A program made the position numbers and the translations under genes. From contig JAFVXT010000061.1 in the NCBI GenBank assembly GCA_017501005.1, positions 1-42,774 of the forward strand: a DNA stretch of 42,774 nucleotides, in the 5' to 3' direction. Source of the DNA: Clostridia bacterium (lineage in GTDB: Bacteria > Bacillota > Clostridia > Oscillospirales > CAG-272). Position 1 is the stretch's first letter; each line of letters starts with the position of its first letter. Below, in pieces: positions 37,387 through 42,774 of this stretch. The notes under the pieces are model-generated. The model ran no database searches. It worked only from the letters and a program-made list of their open reading frames with translations, and was not told the DNA's origin.

Positions 37387-37911
37387 TTATTCCTTTTCAA
37401 GCGCGCGGATCTCGTCGCGCAAGTTGACGGCCTGCTCGTATTCCTGAGCCTCTACGGCACGACGCAGTGCCTCGCGCAGCTCTGCGAGTCGCCGTTCCTT
37501 TTTGTTTTTATCACCAAGGGAGGCGGGGGTACGTCCCGTGTGCTTTTGTGTTCCGTGAATCGAGCGCACGGTCGGTGCAAGCTCGTCTGCGAAGGTTTCG
37601 TAGCAAACGGCACAGCCTGCCTTGCCGCTCCGCTTCAGATCGGCGCAGGTGGCGTTGCAAAGCGGACAACGCTTGCTCTCGTAGTGCTGTATACCGCTCG
37701 GCGCGAAAAGTGAGCCGAAGAGGGCATCAATTCCCGAAAAGGGCGAGAAATCGGTTGCCTGGAAATAGTTGTCCTCCTGCTTTTTATGCGAATTTCTCCA
37801 TTCTTTAGCACAGTCTGCGCAAAGAGCGCAGTTGCTTTTTTTGCCGTTTATAATCTGCTCATAATAAAAAACGGCAGGCTTTTTTTGACAGTTTTGACAT
37901 ACGTCTTTCAT
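37387..37911 (-). CDS. mcsA: McsA (UvrB/UvrC-motif, zinc-finger activator of McsB)
   Basis: CQNC, CALCADC, CPLC..C and CAVC cysteine pairs, with a C-terminal UVR motif EYEQAVNLRDEIRALE. AGGAAG SD before ATG 37911. Confidence 0.85.
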   Translation of the reverse strand: MKDVCQNCQKKPAVFYYEQIINGKKSNCALCADCAKEWRNSHKKQEDNYFQATDFSPFSGIDALFGSLFAPSGIQHYESKRCPLCNATCADLKRSGKAGCAVCYETFADELAPTVRSIHGTQKHTGRTPASLGDKNKKERRLAELREALRRAVEAQEYEQAVNLRDEIRALEKE

Positions 37912-37946
37912 GTTTTTCGCTTCCTTTCTATCATTCATAAGGCACT

Positions 37947-38402
37947 TTATTGCATGAGCGCGGTGAGAAAGCGCCTCATCATCACAGCGCGTACCTCACT
38001 TTGCTCTTTTTTGGACGAGATGGGGGCAAGGGAAGGGGCGGACAGTGCAACGGCAATCAGATCCACGTCATGCGCGTCAATGGCGTTGTGCGCCTTCAGG
38101 GTGCGCAGAATGGCGGCACAGTCGCTTTCTTCGAGACGTGCGCCGATGCTTTCAATGACCTGCACGAGAAAAACGTTGCGGTGCAAGGGCTTTTTGACGA
38201 TTCGAATGAATCCGCCGCCACCTCTTCTGCTTTCGGTCAGATAGCCGCGCTCGGGTGTGAAGCGCGACATGATCACGTAATTGATCTGGCTGGGCGCACA
38301 ACCGATCTGTTCCGCCATGACGTTGCGCTTCAATTCAATCGTACCGCCGCTTTCTTCAATCAGCTCTTCAATCATGCGTGCGATATTATCCGAAATGATC
38401 AT
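37947..38402 (-). CDS. ctsR: Class III stress gene repressor CtsR
   Basis: ...CAPSQINYVIMSRFTPERGYLTESRRGGGGFIRIVK... matches the CtsR HTH and glycine-rich loop. Confidence 0.95.
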   Translation of the reverse strand: MIISDNIARMIEELIEESGGTIELKRNVMAEQIGCAPSQINYVIMSRFTPERGYLTESRRGGGGFIRIVKKPLHRNVFLVQVIESIGARLEESDCAAILRTLKAHNAIDAHDVDLIAVALSAPSLAPISSKKEQSEVRAVMMRRFLTALMQ

Positions 38403-38458
38403 TTTTTCAAACCTTGGCCTTCGACTCCCGAAAGCTCCCTTTTTCTCTTTGTGATTTC

Positions 38459-38504
38459 ATTATACAACAAAAGTCAAAGAAAGTCAAAGTCAAAGAAAGT
38501 CAAA
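38459..38504 (-). promoter_or_regulatory. ctsR operon promoter overlapped by tandem CtsR operators
   Basis: The plus strand reads AGTCAAA-GAA-AGTCAAA (38472-38488) then GTCAAA-GAA-AGTCAAA (38489-38504). These are two copies of the heptad direct-repeat CtsR box. On the minus strand there is TTGACT (38482-38487), 17 nt, then TATAAT (38459-38464). Confidence 0.85.
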
Positions 38505-38610
38505 AACAATCGGGTAAACCGCTTCATCTTCGATTATACCCGATTTTTTGTGAAAAAGCTCTCGAAATCTCACGATTTCTCACTTTTTTGTTTTTTTATT
38601 TGAAAGAGAC

Positions 38611-38883
38611 TTAACGGTCGCGAGATTCGCGGTTGCGCCGACGCTCGTTTTCGGCATAAGCGATGAGATACGCGTCGTAAAGTGCGTTCCATGTCTCTCT
38701 GTCGGTGCGCCCTGTTTCGGGCAGACCTTGCTTGCGCTGAAAGATGCGCACGGCACGGCGTGTGCGTTCGCCGTAAATACCGTCGATGCTCACGTGCGGC
38801 AAATCTCCGTCAACGTAAGAGATCTCAAGCAAAAAGCTTTGCGTCATGCGCACGGCGCTTTCGGGATTTTTGATATCGTACAT
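38611..38883 (-). CDS. Peptidoglycan-binding domain (PG_binding_1) protein
   Basis: DGIYGERTRRAVRIFQRKQGLPETGRTDRETWNAL motif. 90 aa. Confidence 0.7.
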   Translation of the reverse strand: MYDIKNPESAVRMTQSFLLEISYVDGDLPHVSIDGIYGERTRRAVRIFQRKQGLPETGRTDRETWNALYDAYLIAYAENERRRNRESRDR

Positions 38884-38965
38884 AAATCGTCAAACCATGG
38901 CCTTCGCCTGTGCGAAGGCTTCCTTTTTATCTGTGATTTGCGGAAAAGGGGAAGCGGGGCGCTTT

Positions 38966-40357
38966 CTACGGCACGGTATACCCGGGGTACTGTCCTTCGG
39001 CGGCGCGGTTCCCGTAATAAAGATCCTCATAGACGTTCGTGATGCTATCCCAAAGATTTGCCCCCACAACGCCCTCGGGTCCTGTCAGAGCGAAAACCTC
39101 CTGAAATGCGCGGACGGCATTTTCGGTGGCGGGGCCGAATTGGCCGTCAACCGTGACAGAGGGAATGTCGGTATAGGTCTGCGCAATGTAATTGAGGTAT
39201 TCCTGCAAAAGCACTACGCTTTCACCGCTTGAGCCGCGCACGAGCGTGGTGCCCGGAAAGGGAATGATCCTTCCTTCTCGGTATTCTAACGGAATGGAGG
39301 CAACGAGCGAAAGATACACGTTATAGATGGAGTCCCACGTCGGCTCGTTCACAACGCCCGTGACGGGCAGGCCGTATTCCGTCTGGAATGCGCGGACGGC
39401 TTCCTCGGTGGCAGGGCCGAATTGACCGTCGGCGGTCAGCGTCGGTACGTTCGGATTGAAATTGGCAATGTAACGCAAAAAGTATTGCAGCACACGCACA
39501 CCGATGCCGACCGAACCGATCGAGAGCTCCTCGGGGTATTGTGTTGAGCTTTCGGAAAGCGTCAGCCCCTCCGAATCGAGCGAGGCCAGCCTTTTGACAG
39601 CCGTATAAATATACTGGATGCGATACCACGTGCCCCGACCGACGATGCCGTCGTCGGTGAGAGAAAAGATCCTTTGAAATTCGCGCACGGCCTCTTCGGT
39701 GCTTTCGTCAAAAATGCCGTTGACGGGATAGATCTTCGGAATGGCGGGGTAGTTGGCAGAAATGCGGTTCAGCTGCACCTGAATGCGCTGCACGTCCGAG
39801 CCGATCGAGCCGAGCCGAAGGGGAGAGAGCGGTACGCTTTCTTCAATATCGCCGACGGGAACGTTTGTGACGATGTCGATATTGTTGCCGTAATAATTGG
39901 TGAGGATCTGGTAAGGCGTCAAGCCGCGCTCGGCCAGTGTGACAGTCCCCCATTGCGAAAGGCCGTTGCACTGCACTTCAATGCCGTCGCAGTAGGCGGT
40001 AAAGAGAGGCTCGATGCTCCCTTGGCGGCGCACGTAGCTATCGAAGATATCGTCAACGATGAGTGAAATGTTTTCAAAAATATCGCGGCCGTAGATGAAG
40101 GATTGGTCGTTGGCGGTTGAATTGGTGATGTCAAAATCGTAGCCCTGGCTTCTGTAAAACTCGGTGTAAATGCGGTTGAGCGCAAAGGAGATCTGCGCAT
40201 AGATATTGGCGCGGATGGCGGATTCGGGCCACGTGGGATAGATTTCGCTTGAAGCGACGTTTTTGATGTATTCGGGAAAGGGAAGCGTGACGTTTTGCGC
40301 ATTTGCAGAAGGTCTGCCGAGATGGACGGTGATGTTTTCGGGGATAATGGGCGGCAT
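38966..40357 (-). CDS. Peptidoglycan-binding protein: conserved N-terminal domain plus three PG_binding_1 repeats; the only CDS here ending in TAG
   Basis: N-terminus MPPIIPENITVHLG...YIKNVASSEIYPTWPESAIRANIYAQISFALNRIYTEFYRSQGYDFDITNST.... Three repeats of DGxFGxxTxxAVRxFQ follow. Stop TAG at 38966-38968. Confidence 0.75.
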   Translation of the reverse strand: MPPIIPENITVHLGRPSANAQNVTLPFPEYIKNVASSEIYPTWPESAIRANIYAQISFALNRIYTEFYRSQGYDFDITNSTANDQSFIYGRDIFENISLIVDDIFDSYVRRQGSIEPLFTAYCDGIEVQCNGLSQWGTVTLAERGLTPYQILTNYYGNNIDIVTNVPVGDIEESVPLSPLRLGSIGSDVQRIQVQLNRISANYPAIPKIYPVNGIFDESTEEAVREFQRIFSLTDDGIVGRGTWYRIQYIYTAVKRLASLDSEGLTLSESSTQYPEELSIGSVGIGVRVLQYFLRYIANFNPNVPTLTADGQFGPATEEAVRAFQTEYGLPVTGVVNEPTWDSIYNVYLSLVASIPLEYREGRIIPFPGTTLVRGSSGESVVLLQEYLNYIAQTYTDIPSVTVDGQFGPATENAVRAFQEVFALTGPEGVVGANLWDSITNVYEDLYYGNRAAEGQYPGYTVP

Positions 40358-40369
40358 GTCGTTCTCCTT

Positions 40370-40798
40370 TCAATCGTCGAACAGATCCTGCTCGTTTTGG
40401 GTGTCGGTGATCCCTTCGGGCTTGCGGTCGGCACTGTCAAAGCGGGTTAAGGGAATCATGTTGACGGGCTGTAACGACGTGATCCCCGCGAAGACGGGTA
40501 CACCCGTGGCGCGGAAGGGATAGAAGCGCGGATGCGTGACGGTCACGTCATAGATGGCATACGGTCGCGTGAGCGAGGGAGATTGCGAATCCATGGCTGA
40601 AGGGGCGGGCAGGGCAATAGGCTCGGTCTGCCCCGAGCGGCCCGTTTGACGGACGATCTCTTCGGTGATCAGGCCGTCCCCGCCGTCGCGCACGGTGACG
40701 GTGGCACCTTCTACGGGTAAAGCCTCACCCGCCGTGTAGGCGCGGACTGTCAGAAAGCCAAAGGAGGCTTCGTTTTGCACTTTGTCGGAAAGATTCAT
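40370..40798 (-). CDS. Carboxypeptidase-regulatory-like (Ig-like beta-sandwich) domain protein
   Basis: From ATG 40798: MNLSDKVQNEASFGFLTVRAYTAGEALPVEGATVTV.... 142 aa, translationally adjacent to the gene at 38966-40357. The longer ORF-track start (41092) runs through an AT-rich promoter region. Confidence 0.55.
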   Translation of the reverse strand: MNLSDKVQNEASFGFLTVRAYTAGEALPVEGATVTVRDGGDGLITEEIVRQTGRSGQTEPIALPAPSAMDSQSPSLTRPYAIYDVTVTHPRFYPFRATGVPVFAGITSLQPVNMIPLTRFDSADRKPEGITDTQNEQDLFDD

Positions 40799-40960
40799 GG
40801 TGATGCTGTCCTTTCTTTGAAATAAACTGTTACAGTATATGTATACTGTGTGACTTTTGCGATTCATGTCGAAAAAAAGAAAAAAAACGGGATTTTTTTG
40901 TCCATTTCGCAGAACTTTTGCAAAAAGAAGAAAAAAGTCGTTTATGATTGGTTTTTGCAC

Positions 40961-40990
40961 TTGACTTTTCTGTTGCGAATTTGCTATAAT
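40961..40990 (+). promoter_or_regulatory. Sigma-A promoter candidate for prs
   Basis: TTGACT (40961-40966), 18 nt, then TATAAT (40985-40990). Confidence 0.6.
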
Positions 40991-41051
40991 AATATACGGT
41001 AATGATTTGTGACCCCGATGAAGAAAAAGAAAGATGAGGACGGAAAGCTTT

Positions 41052-42161
41052 ATGAAGGATTCATTGTACGGAGATTTGAGTGTGATCTGCACGCGCGGTT
41101 GCGAGGATTTTGTCGCACAGGTCGACAGTTATCTGAAGGAATGGCGCCGTCACGATAGCGAAGGCACTTTTCTTGTTGAGGCATCCTGCCCCCGCTTCGG
41201 CAGCGGCGAAGCGAAGGGCTTGATCCACCAGTCGTTGCGCGGAAATGACGTGTATATCATTTCTGATGTATTCAACCATGGTGTAACGTACAAAATGTAC
41301 GGCCAAACCGTACCCATGAGTCCCGACGATCACTTCCAGGATCTGAAGAGAATTATCGGCGCGATCGGCGGCAAGGCACGCAGAATTTCGGTTGTCATGC
41401 CCATGCTTTACGAGGGCAGACAGCACAAGCGTTCTTCGCGCGAGTCTCTTGACTGCGCGCTCGCTTTGCAGGAGCTGATCAATATGGGTGTTGAAAACTT
41501 CATCACCTTTGATGCACACGATCCCCGAGTGCAAAACGCCATTCCGTTGAGCGGCTTCGAAAACGTTCGCTCCAGCTATCAGATGATCAAGGCTCTCGTC
41601 CATACTTATCCCGATATTACCTTTGATAAGGATCAGATCATGATCGTATCTCCCGATGAAGGCGGTATGTCCAAGTGTATGTACTATTCCTCCATGCTGG
41701 GGATCGATCTCGGTATGTTCTATAAGCGCCGCAATTATTCGGTGATTGTTGACGGTAAGAACCCGATCGAAGCGCACGAATATCTCGGCCGCGACCTCAC
41801 CGATAAGGACGTCATCATCGTTGACGATATGATCTCCTCGGGCGAATCCATTCTCGACGTTGCCATGCAGCTCAAGGAAAAGGGCGCACGCCGCATTTTC
41901 GTGTTCGCAACCTTCGGCCTCTTCTGCAACGGCCTCGAGATCATGGATAAGGCTTACGAGGACGGTCTCTTCACAAAAATCTTCACCACAAACCTCATTT
42001 ACCGTACCCCCGAGCTTCTCAAGCGCGAGTGGTATTCAGAAGTCAATATGTGTAAGTACGTTGCTTACATTATCGATACATTGAACCACGACCAGACCAT
42101 CAGCGGTCTTTTGAACCAGTCCAAGAGAATCCGCCGCTTGCTCGCAGAGCAGAAGCACTAA
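41052..42161 (+). CDS. prs: Ribose-phosphate pyrophosphokinase (long form)
   Basis: PRPP synthetase pattern with ...RISVVMPMLYEGRQHKR..., FDAHD, and PRPP-binding loop VIIVDDMISSGESI. The alternative start is ATG 41034. Confidence 0.85.
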   Translation: MKDSLYGDLSVICTRGCEDFVAQVDSYLKEWRRHDSEGTFLVEASCPRFGSGEAKGLIHQSLRGNDVYIISDVFNHGVTYKMYGQTVPMSPDDHFQDLKRIIGAIGGKARRISVVMPMLYEGRQHKRSSRESLDCALALQELINMGVENFITFDAHDPRVQNAIPLSGFENVRSSYQMIKALVHTYPDITFDKDQIMIVSPDEGGMSKCMYYSSMLGIDLGMFYKRRNYSVIVDGKNPIEAHEYLGRDLTDKDVIIVDDMISSGESILDVAMQLKEKGARRIFVFATFGLFCNGLEIMDKAYEDGLFTKIFTTNLIYRTPELLKREWYSEVNMCKYVAYIIDTLNHDQTISGLLNQSKRIRRLLAEQKH

Positions 42162-42171
42162 CGAAAAAAGA

Positions 42172-42206
42172 GACTTCATGCAGATTTGCATGAAGTCCCT
42201 TTTTTT
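42172..42206 (+). terminator. Rho-independent terminator
   Basis: GACTTCATGCA-GATT-TGCATGAAGTC followed by CCTTTTTTT. Confidence 0.85.
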
Positions 42207-42285
42207 CTTTGGAAAATATTGACAATCGACGTTTTATATGCTATGATAAAAGCATCAAATCTTTGAATTTAAAGGAGAATCGACC

Positions 42286-42774
42286 ATGGAATTGAAGGGT
42301 TCAAAAACCGAAAAAAATCTGATGGAAGCGTTTGCGGGCGAAAGCCAGGCAAGAAATAAGTATACTTATTTCGCTTCGGTTGCCAAAAAGGAAGGCTATC
42401 AGCAGATCGCCGCTATTTTCGAGCAAACCGCCAATAATGAAAAGGAGCACGCAAAGCTTTGGTTCAAGGCTCTCGGCGAGCTCGGTGATACCGCACAGAA
42501 TCTCCTCCATGCCGCAGAGGGCGAATACTATGAGTGGACGGATATGTACGACCGCTTCGCAAAGGATGCCGAAGAAGAAGGCTTCATCGCCTTGGCCGCA
42601 CAGTTCCGTATGGTTGCCAAGATCGAAAGGTCACACGAGGAGCGTTACCGCAAGCTGCTCAAAAACGTTGAAATGCAAGAGGTCTTTGCCAAGGGCGAAG
42701 CTACCATGTGGGAATGCCGTAACTGCGGCCATCTCATGATGGGCAAGAAAGCGCCCGAAATCTGCCCCGTTTGC
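42286..42774 (+). CDS. rbr: Rubrerythrin (3' end beyond the window)
   Basis: [37 protein letters not shown]..., and [15 protein letters not shown] ferritin-like motifs. The rubredoxin-like CRNCGH...CPVC sits at the window edge. The frame is open to base 42774. Confidence 0.9.
   Translation, partial: MELKGSKTEKNLMEAFAGESQARNKYTYFASVAKKEGYQQIAAIFEQTANNEKEHAKLWFKALGELGDTAQNLLHAAEGEYYEWTDMYDRFAKDAEEEGFIALAAQFRMVAKIERSHEERYRKLLKNVEMQEVFAKGEATMWECRNCGHLMMGKKAPEICPVC

Overview
This 42.8-kb window looks like a chromosomal segment of a moderately GC-rich, spore-forming Firmicute. The Clostridia-like assignment is inferred from sigK, yunB, cwlD, the ctsR-mcsA-mcsB-clpC operon and general gene content. 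I call about 41 complete CDS plus two edge-truncated ones. In order they are: azlCD, rpsT, ligA, sigK, an alpha/beta hydrolase, and an ABC-DUF1854-ABC exporter module whose ABC proteins have unusual N-terminal domains. Next come yqeG, an AP-endonuclease-2-like TIM-barrel gene, an M24 peptidase, efp, a putative glycoside hydrolase, and a five-gene biotin-dependent Na+-decarboxylase/transcarboxylase-type cluster. The rest are a HAD hydrolase, an HTH-TPR regulator, an orphan fumarate-hydratase beta subunit, yunB, a tyrosine recombinase, cwlD, radA, a TIGR01212-like radical SAM gene, an EF-G paralogue, ctsR-mcsA-mcsB-clpC with a textbook CtsR operator, peptidoglycan-binding proteins, prs and a partial rubrerythrin. 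I recognised no rRNA, tRNA, CRISPR array, transposase or obvious defence system. Four observations stand out. (1) Three in-frame TAG codons interrupt two otherwise intact, conserved genes, while only 1 of 41 called CDS ends in TAG. This could be amber suppression or recoding, pseudogenisation, or sequence error. (2) A 66-bp inverted duplication of the azlD 3' end at the left window edge brackets an array of GATGAAATC/GATTTCATC motifs interleaved with mini-hairpins. (3) The ABC-DUF1854-ABC module has no known function. (4) ligA carries a +1 frameshift at a T7 run. Protein-family calls come from motif recognition by eye, not from searches.
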